Shown: positions 10,219 to 21,992 of the stretch, one piece after another
How positions within the stretch are numbered: the stretch's first letter is position 1
Layout: each line of letters begins with the position of its first letter
NCBI GenBank assembly: GCA_963849325.1
Contig: CAWKHF010000001.1
Location: forward strand, 256,001 to 320,000
Source of the DNA: an uncultured Planctomycetota bacterium
Lineage (GTDB): Bacteria; Planctomycetota; Planctomycetia; Gemmatales; Gemmataceae
Length of the DNA stretch: 64,000 nucleotides
Direction: 5' to 3'
Program-made: the position numbers and the translations under genes
Notes under the pieces: generated by a model
Database searches by the model: none
What the model was told of the DNA's origin: nothing
Seen by the model: only the letters and a program-made list of their open reading frames with translations

Positions 10219-10259
10219 GACGATGAGTCCACGGACCATGAGTAAACGGACTATGTGTC
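10219..10259 (-). promoter_or_regulatory. C-box operator array (three 11-bp boxes with 4-bp spacers)
   Basis: Minus strand reads GACACATAGTC-CGTT-TACTCATGGTC-CGTG-GACTCATCGTC, matching the GACT-N3-AGTC C-box, about 40 bp upstream of the controller ATG. Confidence 0.75.
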
Positions 10260-10776
10260 ACACACCGGGAGCGGGGAATCTGAACCCGTCAATCTGGCGA
10301 TTTCCAAGAAAGTTGGGGCGAAAGCGCACTCACTCGCCGCTCGTCGGTCGCAGCCTCCCAGCCACGGGGTGACGTTCGCTACCGGCACGCCGATCTCGAA
10401 ATGGACCGCAGCCGTAGGCTGGATCTCGCCCCATCCCACGAGCCGACCCACGCCGCCATAAACCATTCCAGCCTCCGCACAGCGGTCGCGCTCTCGGCCG
10501 GGTTTCTCAGATGTGGGAAGTCCATCCCGTTTCCTTGCCACTTTCAGGAACCGTCCCGCGCCGGACGGTCCTAACGTAGCTGTTTTTCCCGGCTTTCGCC
10601 GCGACGACGCTTGGCACTTCGTTTGCCCTCTCTCTCCTCACGCGATACCGCACCCTGAAAGAGGTTGACGCATCCCCCGCGAGGGCTACAACGTCTCCCA
10701 GCGTGCCGCAGCTGAAATCCTTCACGGCGGTATCGCTGTATCCGAAGGAAAGCCGTATCCGGAGCGATGCTTCGTT

Positions 10777-11451
10777 ATGACAGATCCTACTCCCAATCCT
10801 CCTGGCGGCACGCCGCCGTCTCCTGATAAGCCCGAAACCGGCATCACGCCCAATCCGCCGCCGGCCGCGACGACGGCAGCGGTGACGCCCAAGCCGGCCG
10901 CGCCGCCGCCCAAGCCGGCGGCCAAGCCCGTCGCCAAAACCAAGGAGCGACGCGGCTTTCTCTACGCCATGTTCGGCACCTGGATCGGCCTGGCCTGGAC
11001 GACCATGACGGCCTCGTTCGGCCTGATGACGCTGGGCACCGTTCGCTTCCTCTTTCCCAACGTCCTGGCCGAGCCGCCCAGCAAGATCAAGGTCGGTTTC
11101 CCCGACAGCTACGAGGACGGCAAGGTCATCGAACGCTACAAGGACCAGCACGCCTGGATCGTCCGCCGCAAGGACGAGAAGTTCGGCGACATCATCTACG
11201 CCCTGAGCACCACCTGCACGCACCTCGGCTGCACGCCCAACTGGCTGGAGCGCGAACAGAAATTCAAATGCCCCTGCCACGGCAGCGGCTTCTACATCAG
11301 CGGCATCAACTTTGAAGGCCCCGCCCCGCGGCCGCTGGAACGCTGGGCCGTCAGCGTCGGCGACGACGGCCAGATCGTCGTCGATATGAGCAAGAAGTTC
11401 CAGCAAGAACGCGGCGAATGGAACAACCCCGAATCCTTCATCAAGGTGTAG
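10777..11451 (+). CDS. Rieske 2Fe-2S subunit of a cytochrome bc complex
   Basis: CTHLGC and CPCHGS boxes, GPAPRPL, Tat-like RRGFL followed by a TM helix. Confidence 0.95.
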   Translation: MTDPTPNPPGGTPPSPDKPETGITPNPPPAATTAAVTPKPAAPPPKPAAKPVAKTKERRGFLYAMFGTWIGLAWTTMTASFGLMTLGTVRFLFPNVLAEPPSKIKVGFPDSYEDGKVIERYKDQHAWIVRRKDEKFGDIIYALSTTCTHLGCTPNWLEREQKFKCPCHGSGFYISGINFEGPAPRPLERWAVSVGDDGQIVVDMSKKFQQERGEWNNPESFIKV

Positions 11452-11460
11452 GAGCCAGCT

Positions 11461-12234
11461 GTGAGCGTCGGTGATTTCATCCGTAATTCGCAGGTATGGA
11501 AGAGCATCTTCCGCCATCCGGCCCCGCGCGATCGGCGCAACCGCGTGGTGGTCATGCTCACCAACGTCTTCCTGCACCTGCATCCGGTGTCGGTGCGCAA
11601 GAGCGGCATCGCCCTGAGCTATACCTGGTGCATGGGCGGACTGACGTTCTTCATGTTCCTGGAGCTGACCGTCACCGGCGTGCTGCTGATGTTCTACTAT
11701 CGGCCGACGCTCGAACACGCTTACAACGACATCCTCATCCTCCGCGACGTGGCCACGCTCGGCATCCTCCGCGAACTGCATCGCTGGGGCGCACACGCCA
11801 TGGTCATCACGATCTGGCTGCACATGTATCGCGTCTTCCTGACCGGCAGTTACAAACCGCCCCGAGAATTCAACTGGGGGGTCGGCGTCATCTTGCTCGT
11901 CTTGACGCTGCTGTTGAGCTTCACCGGCTATCTGCTGCCGTGGGACCAACTGGCCATCTGGGCCATCACCGTCGGCAGCAACATGGCCCGCGCCACGCCG
12001 TTCCTCGGCCACGAGGGGCCGGGCGCCAGCTTCCTCAAAGTGGGGGATGTCTCGCTCATCCACTCCGGCTCGGACGCGCGCTTCATTCTGCTGGGCGGGC
12101 GCTTCGTCAGCGGCGAGACGCTGCTGCGCTTCTACGTGCTGCATTGCGTCGCCATTCCGTTGGCCGTCGCCGTGCTCATCGCCGTCCACTTCTGGCGCGT
12201 GCGCAAGGACGGCGGCATCAGCGGGCCGTTGTGA
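11461..12234 (+). CDS. Cytochrome b (b6-like N-terminal part)
   Basis: [58 protein letters not shown]. Confidence 0.95.
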   Translation: MSVGDFIRNSQVWKSIFRHPAPRDRRNRVVVMLTNVFLHLHPVSVRKSGIALSYTWCMGGLTFFMFLELTVTGVLLMFYYRPTLEHAYNDILILRDVATLGILRELHRWGAHAMVITIWLHMYRVFLTGSYKPPREFNWGVGVILLVLTLLLSFTGYLLPWDQLAIWAITVGSNMARATPFLGHEGPGASFLKVGDVSLIHSGSDARFILLGGRFVSGETLLRFYVLHCVAIPLAVAVLIAVHFWRVRKDGGISGPL

Positions 12235-12242
12235 GAATGACT

Positions 12243-12303
12243 CGTTTCGCCGCGACGCGCAGCGGAGCGCGAGCCGCGCTCCGCTGCGCGTCGCGGCGAA
12301 ACG
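12243..12303. repeat. REP-like palindrome family B (second copy at 27925-27978)
   Basis: GCCGCGACGCGCAGCGGAGCGCG ... CGCGCTCCGCTGCGCGTCGCGGC hairpin between genes. Confidence 0.85.
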
Positions 12304-12331
12304 GAAACTTTTGTTACCAGGGCGATCACCC

Positions 12332-13632
12332 ATGCATACCCTCGACCGAGGTTTACAAAACGGTCTGGCCGTCTATTACCTGCTGGTGGCCCTGCTCAAT
12401 TTCGGCTTCGCGGCCTACTGGTGGTACGGGGCCAAGAAGCCGGCCGCCGGCGCCGTCTGGGCCGCCGTCGGCGCTCTCTTCTTGATCCACAGCATCGCCT
12501 ATTTCGCGCACCTGGGCTGGCTTCTGCCCATCGGGGTGCGCGATGCCGTCGATGAGGCGACAGGTCCGGTCGTTTACACCACGTTGTCGATCGTCGCCTT
12601 CATCTTGCTGTTGTACTTCCGCAAGTTCTTCGTGCAGCCGCACGTCGCCTGGGCCATCCTTCAGCTCACGCTGCTTTTCGGCGGCTGGGCCATGACCGAC
12701 CCCAACTTCCGCGAGATCGTCGCCAAGGAAGACAACGTCCCCATCAGCATGCTCATCTTCTCGGTCGGCTTCTTCACCTGGGCCGCTCTCTATCGCGCCG
12801 TGCAGAACGACGAGCGCATCGCCCGCGGCGAGCCGGTGCTGGAGAAGGTCGAGGACGAAAAGGTGCTGGTCTGGCCCGACCTGGTTTACACCGAGCTGAT
12901 CGCCATGATTATCGCCACCTTCGTGCTGATCATCTGGTCCGTGCTGCTCAAGGCGCCGCTGGAGCAGCCGGCCACCAGCGCCAAGGCGCCCAATCCGTCG
13001 AAGGCGCCGTGGTACTTCCTCGGCCTGCAAGAAATGCTCGTCTACTACGATCCGTGGATGGCCGGCGTCGTGCTGCCGACCATGATTATCATTGGCCTGA
13101 TCGCCATTCCCTACATCGACTTCAACCGCCAGGGCAACGGCTATTTCTCCTTCGCCGAGCGCAAGTTCGCCGTGTCGATCTTCCTGTTCGGCTTCGTCGT
13201 CTTGTGGGTGACGCTGATCGTGCTGGGCACCTTCCTGCGCGGGCCGAACTGGAACTTCTTCGCGCCGTTTGAATACTGGGATCCGCACAAGGTCTTGCCG
13301 CTCAACAACGTCAACCTGTCGCAGTTGTTCTGGCTGAACATGCTGCATATTCCGCTGGAGGACTTCAAGGTCCGCTTCGGCAACTTCTTCGGTCCGATCC
13401 TCCGCGAGCTGCCCGGCATCATTCTGGTGCTGCTGTACCTGTTCGCCCTGCCGCCGCTGTTGGCTCGAACCGTGATGCGGCCCGTTCTTTATTCGGATGG
13501 GTTTTGTCCGCTTTATCACGCTGGTGACGCTGATGCAGTTCATGGCCGCGCTGCCGCATCAAGATGGTGCTGCGCTGGACCATGAACCTGAAGTACATCG
13601 TCGCCATCCCGGAAATCTTCTTCAACATCTAG
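12332..13632 (+). CDS. Cytochrome b subunit IV-like protein with extra TM helices (frameshifts near 13490-13560)
   Basis: VWPDLVYTE, APLEQPA, NPSKAPWYFLGLQE, PYID, GTFLRGPNW; C-terminus KMVLRWTMNLKYIVAIPEIFFNI ending at TAG 13632. Confidence 0.88.
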
Positions 13633-13672
13633 TCCTGCGTTCGGCGCGACGCCGGTTTTTGCTCGGCGAAGC

Positions 13673-13704
13673 ACTCAGAACTCAGACCTCAGAACTCAGA
13701 ACTT
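13673..13704. repeat. Heptamer tandem repeat (CTCAGAA)n
   Basis: ACTCAGAACTCAGACCTCAGAACTCAGAACT; same unit as the array between groES and groEL. Confidence 0.8.
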
Positions 13705-13713
13705 GGGAAGATC

Positions 13714-16700
13714 ATGGCCGCCACCGATCAGACCTACCGCAGTCAGAAGACGCTGGACATCGTCTTCGCCGTCTCCTGCATCCTGATGCTGCTGAGCACC
13801 CTGTGGATGTTCTGGCAGGATTACGACCGGCAATTCAAGCACGTTCAGCGCGACTTCCGCGACGTGGAAGAAGCCATGAACGAGCATCAAATGATCGCGC
13901 AGCTGCCGTCCAAGGAGCAGGTCGAGACGGCGCGGCAAAAGGTGGCCGACGCCAAGAAAAACTTCGAGGCCAAGCAGCGAGGAACGTCCGGCCCAAGGAA
14001 CGCGAACTGATGGCCCGACGCGATCTGCAAGACAACACCTATCGCGGCATCAAGGCCGACTTCGACTCCAAGACCAGCCTGTACAACATCGCCGTCGAGC
14101 ACCGCGATCAGGAGACCGACCCCGTCCGCAAGAAGATCCTGGAGGACGAAGTCGAAGAAATGAAAGAGGAAGTCGATCAGTTGCAAGACGCAGCTGACGA
14201 AAGCCCAGGATGAGCTGGACAAGATCGACGAGCAGATCAAGAAGGACGTGATGGAGCCGCTGGACGGCCCGCAGCAGGCCGTCAACCAGGCGGAGGACGA
14301 GCTGAAAAAAGTGACGGCTTCCTTCGACCGCTACGCCAAGGTGACGGCGCAAAAGCGCTGGAAGTTCGGCGATCGCTTCCGCACTCTGCCCATCCTCGAC
14401 GCCTTCGAGTCGCCGACCAAGATCAAGCAACTCTGGCTGCCCGAATTGACCATCGATTACGGCGGTTTCAAGGACGTGCCGCGCTACGACCGCTGCATCT
14501 CCTGCCACCTCGGCATCGACCGCGGCACCTTCGACCACGCCTCCATCGCTCGGCTGACCCGTCCGCCCGAGGTCGTGCAGAAGGACCTCGACAAGGCCCG
14601 CGCCCGCAGGGCCGAGCTGAAAGACGATGCTCCGGAAAACGAGGTCAAACGGGCCGACGCCCGCATCGACCAGTTTGGAGAAAGAGCTGGAGAGCGCGCA
14701 GGGATGCAGGACCGACTGACCCAGGCCCGCGAGATGTTGATGGCCCGCGCCAAGATCGAAAACCTCGGCTTCGATCCGGGCGACCTGCCCAAGCAAGTGC
14801 GCTGGCTGAACCTGACCGCCGGCCAGGTCACGCAGTACGCCGCCCATCCGCGCCTCGATCTGTTCGTCGATGCCAACAGCGCGCACCCGATGGAGAAGTT
14901 CGGCTGCACCGCCTGCCACAACGGCCAGGGCAGCGCCACCGACTTCGTGCTCGCCGTCCACACGCCGGCCGACGCCGCGCAAGAAGAAGAATGGCACAAG
15001 GAATACGGCTGGTCGCACAGCCATTTCTGGGACTTCCCCATGCTGTCCAGCCGCTTCATCGAATCGAGCTGCCTGAAGTGCCATCATGAAGTGACGGACC
15101 TGATCCGCCACGGCAGCAAGGACGAGGCACCCAAGCTGCTGCGCGGCTACGAGCTGGTCCGCGAGAACGGCTGCTTCGGCTGTCACGAAATCTCCGGCAT
15201 CAAGGCCGGCCGCGAGGTCGGACCCGACCTGCGCCTGGAGCCGCAGCCGGCGCTGGACGTACCTGACGCCGGCCGAGCAGGACAAGGCCAAGTCCGACCC
15301 GCTCAACCTGCCCGGCCAGTATCGCAAGGTCGGTCCCAGCCTGCGCCGCATCGCCGAGAAGACGAACCAGGATTGGGTGCGCAAATGGGTCCACGTCGCC
15401 GCGCGGCTTCCGGCCGGACACCAAAATGCCGCACTTCTACGGCCTGAGCAACAACAGCGAGGAAGCCCTGCCCGAGGACCAGCAGCAGTTCCCCGACGCC
15501 GAGATCGCCGGCATCGCCTACTATCTGCTGGCCGAGAGCAAGGGCAACCTCGACAGCGACAAGAAGGACAACGCCCGTACCGTCCTCGAAGGGCTGGTCA
15601 AGCTGCGTCAGGAGGAACTCAAGAAGGGCCGGCTTGCGGATCGGGAGTGGAAGGAACTGCTCGACGCCAGCCGCCGCCTGGGCGACCTGGGTTTGATGTC
15701 GGTGCCGACGCGGGCCAACGACGATCAACCGTCTCCTCACCCGGCAGAAGCAATTGCAGGAGCGCTTGCAAGAGCTGTACAAGAAGCAGGCGGACTTCAA
15801 GCCAAGAAGCCCGAGCCGGAAGACCTCAGCGACGACGAAACGCAAGGAGCTGGAACAAGCGGGCAAGGAACTCGACGAAGTCACCACGCGAGATGATCGA
15901 CCAGGGCCAGATTGTGCCGCTGGCGAAGCAGATCACCGACGAGGAAGGCAAGACCGTCGAGCTGCCGGGGCGCCGAAGGACGCCGAGCGCGAAAAGCACC
16001 TGGCCAACGGCCGCAAGCTGTTCACCGAGAAAGGCTGCCTGGCTTGCCATAGCCACGACGGCACGACCAAGGCGGGCCACGGCGTCGGCGCCGTGCATGG
16101 CGAGGCGAACTTCGGGCCGAACCTCAGCCGCATCGCCGCCAAGATCGCGCCGGAGATCGCCGGCAAGGGCGAAAAGGATTTGGAGGAGGCGAAACGTCGC
16201 TGGATCGTGCAGTGGGTGCTCAATCCGACGGTCTATCATCCGCGGACGCGCATGCCGATCACGCACCTGTCGCCGGAGGACGCCGCCGACGTGGCCGAAT
16301 GGCTGTTGAGCCAGAAGGTCACCGACTGGGACGAGAAGGGACCGCAAGAGCCGAAGACCGAAGACCTCGTCGCCCTGGCCCGCGTCTATCTCGGCAAGGC
16401 GCCCGGCTTCACTCGGCTGGACGTGGAGAACTTCCTGCCGCACCGGCAAGGGCGAACTGCCCGGCATCCCCGACGACCGCCTGGGCAACCTGCCGCCCGA
16501 TTCCGACGAGCGCAAGCTGCACGGCCCGGTCGGCGACGATCAGGCTCAAGTGGTACATCGGCCGCAAGGCCATCAATCGCCTGGGCTGCTTCGGCTGCCA
16601 TGACGTGCCCGGCTTCGAGACGGCCAAGCCGATCGGCACCGCCCTCAACGACTGGGGCAAGAAGGACGCCGAGCGGCTGGCGTTCGAGGACGCCGACGTC

Positions 16701-18468
16701 TTCGTCCGCGACGACCACAACATCGTCAAGGTGCGCAACAACCCCGAGGACAAGAGCAAGCCGGCCGCCGACTGGCACGCCAAGGACGGCAAGCCGCCCT
16801 ACGAGCAGGTCTATTTCGAGGCGCTCAAGCACCATCGGCGCGAGGGCTTCCTGCATCAGAAGCTGCATGGAGCCGCGCAGCTTCGACTTCCACCGCCTCC
16901 GCACCTGGGACGACCGCCTGCGCATGCCGCAGTTCCGCTTCGCCCGCGCCAAGCGGCGCGACGGCGAGAGCGATGAGGCGTATCAGGCCCGCCAGGAATT
17001 CGAGGAGGCCGAGGCGCGCGAGGCGGTCATGACGTTCATCCTCGGCCTGGTCGCCGAGCCGATGCCGCTGAAGTACCTCAACCGTCCCGCTCCGGATCGG
17101 TTGGCCGAGGTCAAGGGCCATCAGGTGCTGGAGAAATTCAACTGCTCCGGCTGCCATCAGCTCCGCCCCGGCGTCTACGAGTTCAAGACCAGCGACGGAC
17201 GGCTTGCAGCTCTTGCAAGAGCACGTATCAGCGCCAACAGGGCACCTACAAGAAGGACCACTTCTTCCCTGGCCACAACGCCTGGAGTCGGGACACCGCA
17301 GACGACCGCCGACCGGCTGACCGTCTTCGGCACCAATCCGCAAGCGGAACGAGTCGGACTTCGACCGCCCGATGCTGGTCGTCCGCCTCAGCGACGCCCT
17401 GCGCTTTCCGGGCAACGACGGCGTCCTCCGCAACCTGCCGGCGGCCAGCCTGGTGCCGATCAACCCCGATGACCTGACCGTGACGGGCCGATCCGTGGGG
17501 CGGCACGTTCACCGACTTGATGATCCAGTACATCAAGCCGCGCGAGCCGGACGCGGACAAGGCGCGTTCGACGCTGCCGCCGCCGCTCATCCGCGAGGGC
17601 GAGCGCGTGCAACCCAACTGGGTGTACGGCTTCCTGCTCAATCCGCCGCCGATCCGGCCGACCAATTACATGATGCTGCGCATGCCCAAGTTCAACATGA
17701 GCAGCGAGGACGCGCGCGCGCTGGCCAACTACTTCAGCGGCGTCGTCGCGGCTGACCAATCCGGGCGCCGGCGTCACCGCCGAATACGTCAACGTCCACC
17801 AGCGCGACGAGCAATACTGGCGGACGCGCACGGCCGAGTACGTCAAACGACTCAAGGCCGAGAAGAAGTTCGACGACCGCGTCAAGGAGATGGAGCCGGT
17901 TTGGCACGACGCGCTGAAGCGGCGGATCGCCGAGGCGGAGGCCGGCCTGGACACGGCCAAGCAGGCCGTCAAGGACGCCAAGGAGGGCGACCCGCGCAAG
18001 CAGAAGCAGCAAGACGCTCGACACGCTGGAGGCCAACATCAAGACGTGGAAGGCCCAGCTGGACAAGAAGGACTACGACTCGCTGCGCAAGCAGTGGGAG
18101 ACCACCGGGCGCCTACGCCACCGACGCCTATCGGCTGGTGACGGATCGCAACCTGTGCTTGCAGTGCCACAGATGTTGGCGACGTGAAGGCCTCGGCGCC
18201 GCAGGGGCCGAACCTGGCCCTGACGGCGGAACGGCTGCGGCCGGAGTGGGTGCGCGAGTGGATCGCCAATCCCGATCGCCTGTTCGGCTACAAACCGGCG
18301 ATGCCGCAGAATTTCCCCAACGATTCGCTAGACTATCAAAATGTCTTCGTCGGCAAGACCCTCGATCAGGTGACTGCCGTGCGCGATGTTTTGATGGATC
18401 TGCCGCGAGTGGCCGACACTGCCGGGCAACCGCTCGCGGGCGCCCTCGCGGCGGGAGGAGGGAAGTGA
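13714..18468 (+). CDS. Large membrane-anchored multiheme cytochrome c (8 CxxCH, many frameshifts)
   Basis: N-terminal TM and coiled coil, then CISCH, CTACH, CLKCH, CFGCH, CLACH, CFGCH, CSGCH and CLQCH across successive frames, with recurring GPxL...W...MP motifs. Confidence 0.85.
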
Positions 18469-19261
18469 ATGCATCCGTGGACCAGGCAACTGCTTTCGCT
18501 GGCCGTGGCCGGCGCGTTTGTGCTGGCCGCCGCGACGGCGCTCGCGCGGACGGTTGGGGAACGATCAAGGGACAGGTGGTTTGGGACGGCGGCGACGTAC
18601 CCAAGCCGATCGCGCTCAACGTCGATAAGGACAAGGAACACTGCCTCAGCAAGGGGCCGATCTTCAAGGAAGAATTCGTCGTCAACCCCAAGAACAAAGG
18701 GGTCAAGCTGGGCCATCGTCTACCTGACGAGCGTGGACGGCTTCACCAAGGACGTGCCGGTCCACCCGTCGCTCAAGGAAATCAAGACGCCGATGGTAGA
18801 CATGGACCAACCTTGCTGCCGGTTCGAGCCGCACGTCCTGGCCATGCGCAGGGGCAGACGCTGCTGGTGAAGAACTCGGCCCCGGTCGGCGCACAACGTC
18901 AACATCACCGGCGGCGTCAAGGGACCGAACCTCAACCAGATCCTGCCGCCCGGCGCCAAGCTCAAGGTCGAGGACATTGTGGCCCGGCCGTTGCCCATTT
19001 CTGTCGCCTGCAACATCCACGGCTGGATGGCGGCGAAGATTTTCGTGCTCAAGAACCCCTATTTCGCCGTCACCGACGAGGACGGCAAGTTCGAGATCAA
19101 GAACGCCCCGGCCGGCGAGTACCGCGCTCGTCGCCTGGCACGAGGGCATGGGCTGGGTCGCCGGCGACACCAAGCCGAACAAGATGGGCAAGAAGATCAC
19201 CATCAAGGACGGTGGAACTACCGACCTGGGCAAGTTCGCCGTGAAGCCGTCCAAGGATTGA
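18469..19261 (+). CDS. Secreted cupredoxin-like / carboxypeptidase-regulatory-like protein (frameshifted)
   Basis: Signal peptide, DQPCCRFEPH, HNVN, CNIHGWM, PYFAVTDEDGKFEIKNAPAG, AWHE. Confidence 0.8.
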
Positions 19262-19339
19262 GGAAGGACCGGGCCGCCGACGTTCGGACGCTGTTGGTGT
19301 CCGAACGCCGACGGCCCATTGCACAACCGGAGGTATGAC

Positions 19340-20310
19340 ATGCGCCGATTCCAACTGGGGCTCGCGGCCATCGCGGTGCCCGTGTTCGCCTTCACCCTGT
19401 TCCTCGTCGGATGCAGCAAGGACGAGAAGAAGGACAGCGCCTCCTCGTCGGGCGGTGACGTTGCCAAGGACAAGCAGCCCAAGGGCGACTTGAAGGTCGT
19501 CGAAGCCAAGGGCGGAGTGCTCAAGGGCAAGATCACCATCAAGGGCACGCCCGACACGGCCGCCGACACGAAGAAGGTCGTGGACGGTATTGCCGATCTC
19601 AAGGACCAGGGGCAGAAAGAACGCTGCAATGCCGGTTCGGAGACCGAGAAGACGGGCCAGTCCTACCGCGTCAATGACGAGAAGCGGCTGGGCAACGTGT
19701 TCGTGTGGATCAAGCCCGCGGACGGCACCTTCTTCAAGGTCGATGCCAAAGCACTAGAGGATGCCAAGAAGCCGGTAGTGATCCGCCAACCGCACTGCGC
19801 TTCATCCCCCACAGCGCCATCCTCTTCTCTCGCTATCACTCCGATCCCAAGAACCCACGCAAGGAGGAGAAGACCGGCCAGGACATCAAGGTCATCAACG
19901 ACGCCACCATCAGCCACAACACCAATTGGAAGGGCGGTTCCAAGAACCCCGGCCGCAACGAACTTATCGGCGTGGGCAAGTCGGTCGTGATCGACAATTT
20001 GGTTCCGGAATCCAGCCCCGTGACGTTCAAGTGCAATATCCACGGTTGGATGGACGCCCACGTGTGGGTCCTCGACACGCCCTATTACGCCATCAGTTAC
20101 TCCGACAATCTCGACGGCAACAACAAGGTCGAAAAGAGCGACGCCAAGTTCGGCACCTACGAAATCAAAAACCTGCCGGTCGGCAAGGTGAAGGTGCTCG
20201 CCTGGCACGAAAAGGCCGGCTGGCTGAACCAGAACGAGGGCAAGGGCCAAGAGATCAAGATCGAGGAAGGCGCTCCGACCGTGATGGATTTTGAGGCGGA
20301 GGCGAAGTAA
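19340..20310 (+). CDS. Lipoprotein, second CNIHGWM paralog (frameshift near 19800)
   Basis: Lipobox LVGC; QPHCA, HNTNW, CNIHGWM, AWHEKAG. Confidence 0.8.
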
Positions 20311-20340
20311 GAAACCGCCCCAGAAACGGTGCTCGTTAGC

Positions 20341-20401
20341 GATCCGAGCCTGAAGCGTAAGCGAAGAGCGTTCTTCTTCGCTTACGCTTCAGGCTCGGAT
20401 C
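20341..20401. repeat. REP-like palindrome family A (also 31493-31559 and 39293-39366)
   Basis: CCGAGCCTGAAGCGTaAGCGAAG ... CTTCGCTtACGCTTCAGGCTC hairpin with a variable loop; three intergenic copies. Confidence 0.9.
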
Positions 20402-20423
20402 TCATTCGTCGGGAGGTTGTCTC

Positions 20424-21343
20424 ATGCGACGTTCGCAGCGAAGCGAGACCATCCTTCTGTTGGCGATCCTGACGATGGGACTATTCTTCGGTGCTCCGAG
20501 GGATGACGCGGAAGGCCGGGTTCCCGCGCCGCGGGGCCGGCGCCGGCCGGCAAGAGCATCTTGATCGGCAAGATTGTGCTCAAGGGGGCCGCTCCCGACC
20601 TAGAGGCGCTGACGGATCGTCTGCGGAAAGGCATCGAGCAGAGTATTGCCCACAAAGACTATTGCTTGAACTGCGACGACTTCGAGAAATCCCAACAAGT
20701 CTATCGCTTGGGTGGCCCGAAGAACAAGCAAGTGGGCAATGTCTTCGTGTGGATCGCGCCGGCGCCCGGCTCCGTCTTCCCGATTGACGACAAGCAACTC
20801 GAAGAGGCCAAGAAACGAAAAGTCGTCATTCGCCAGCCTCATTGCGCGTTCATCCCTCACTGCGCCGTTCTTTTCGCGCAGTATCCTTCCGATCCAACCA
20901 ACGTCCGACGCCGGGCGCGGACGGGGCAGGTCCTCAAAATGGCGAACGATGCCGAGATCGCCCATAACGTCAATTGGAAGGGCGGCGCCAAGAACCCCGG
21001 CAACAACATCCTCATCGCGGCAGGCAAGGAGTTCACGATTGACAACCTGGTGCCGGAACCCGGCCCGATCGCGTTCAAGTGCAACATCCACGGCTGGATG
21101 AGTGCCTATGTCTGGGTCTTCGATCATCCCTACGCCACCATCAGCCGCGCCGAACCGGAGGTCAAGAAAAACGACCGAACTTTCGGTACTTACGAGATCA
21201 AGTATGTTCCTTCCGGGGAGGTGCGCGTGTTTGCCTGGCACGAGAAGGCCGGTTGGCTGAACAAGGGGGAGGGCCGAGGCGAAGCGATCCAATTGAGGGA
21301 TGGAGCGGTGACGGTCAAGGATTTCGAGTTGGAGGCGAAGTAA
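20424..21343 (+). CDS. Third CNIHGWM paralog (frameshift in the N-terminus)
   Basis: Closely parallels 19340..20310: GNVFVWI, RQPHCAFIPH, HNVNWKGG.KNPG, FKCNIHGWM, AWHEKAGWLN. Confidence 0.8.
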
Positions 21344-21380
21344 GCAGGCGACTTGCGGCGGTCGCGCCGGGAGGATCGCC

Positions 21381-21987
21381 ATGATACCGAAAGTGGTTTT
21401 GACCGGAGGGCCGTGTGCCGGCAAGACCAGCTGCCTGCGCGCATCCGCGCGCACTTCGCGCGCAGATCGTCACCGTGCCGGAGACGGCCACGCTCGTCCT
21501 TGACAGCGGCTTCCCGCCGCCCGGTCACGAGCGAATCCACTGCGCCCCGGAGGAGTGGATTCAGACATTCCAGGGGACCATTCTGTCGATCCAGCAACAG
21601 CTGGAGGCGTCGTTCGAGCGCCCGGCGAGCAATTGCGGCGTGCGTCTGATCGTCTGCGATCGCGGCGTGCTCGATGGGGCCGCGTACTGGCCCGGCGGAC
21701 GCGCGGCGTTCCTGCGCCACTTCGGTCAGTCGCTCGAAGACTGTTTCGCGCGCTACCGGAGCGTCCTGCACTTGCAATCGTTGGCGGAAACGCATCCGCA
21801 CCTGTACGGCCCGGAGGGCAACGCCATTCGCTATGAAGACACGACCGACGCCCTCCGCGTCGAGCGCACCGTGCGAGCGGCGTGGGAGGGGCATCCGGGA
21901 CTAATTATCATCCCGGCCGAGATGGAACTCGGGGGCAAAATCGCTCGCGTGCTCGAACACGTCCGGGCGGTGCTGGCGACCTCGTAG
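21381..21987 (+). CDS. AAA_28/NadR-type P-loop NTPase (frameshift near 21450)
   Basis: MIPKVVLTGGPCAGKT Walker A, VPETAT, CDRGVLDGAAY. Confidence 0.8.
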
Positions 21988-21992
21988 GCCGG

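Noticed and set aside
10507-13543. Long minus-strand ORFs (608 aa, 396 aa) and similar ones such as 37317..39293, 44373..46415, 48900..51251
   Set aside because: Shadow ORFs opposite well-supported genes in GC-rich DNA, with no recognisable motifs.
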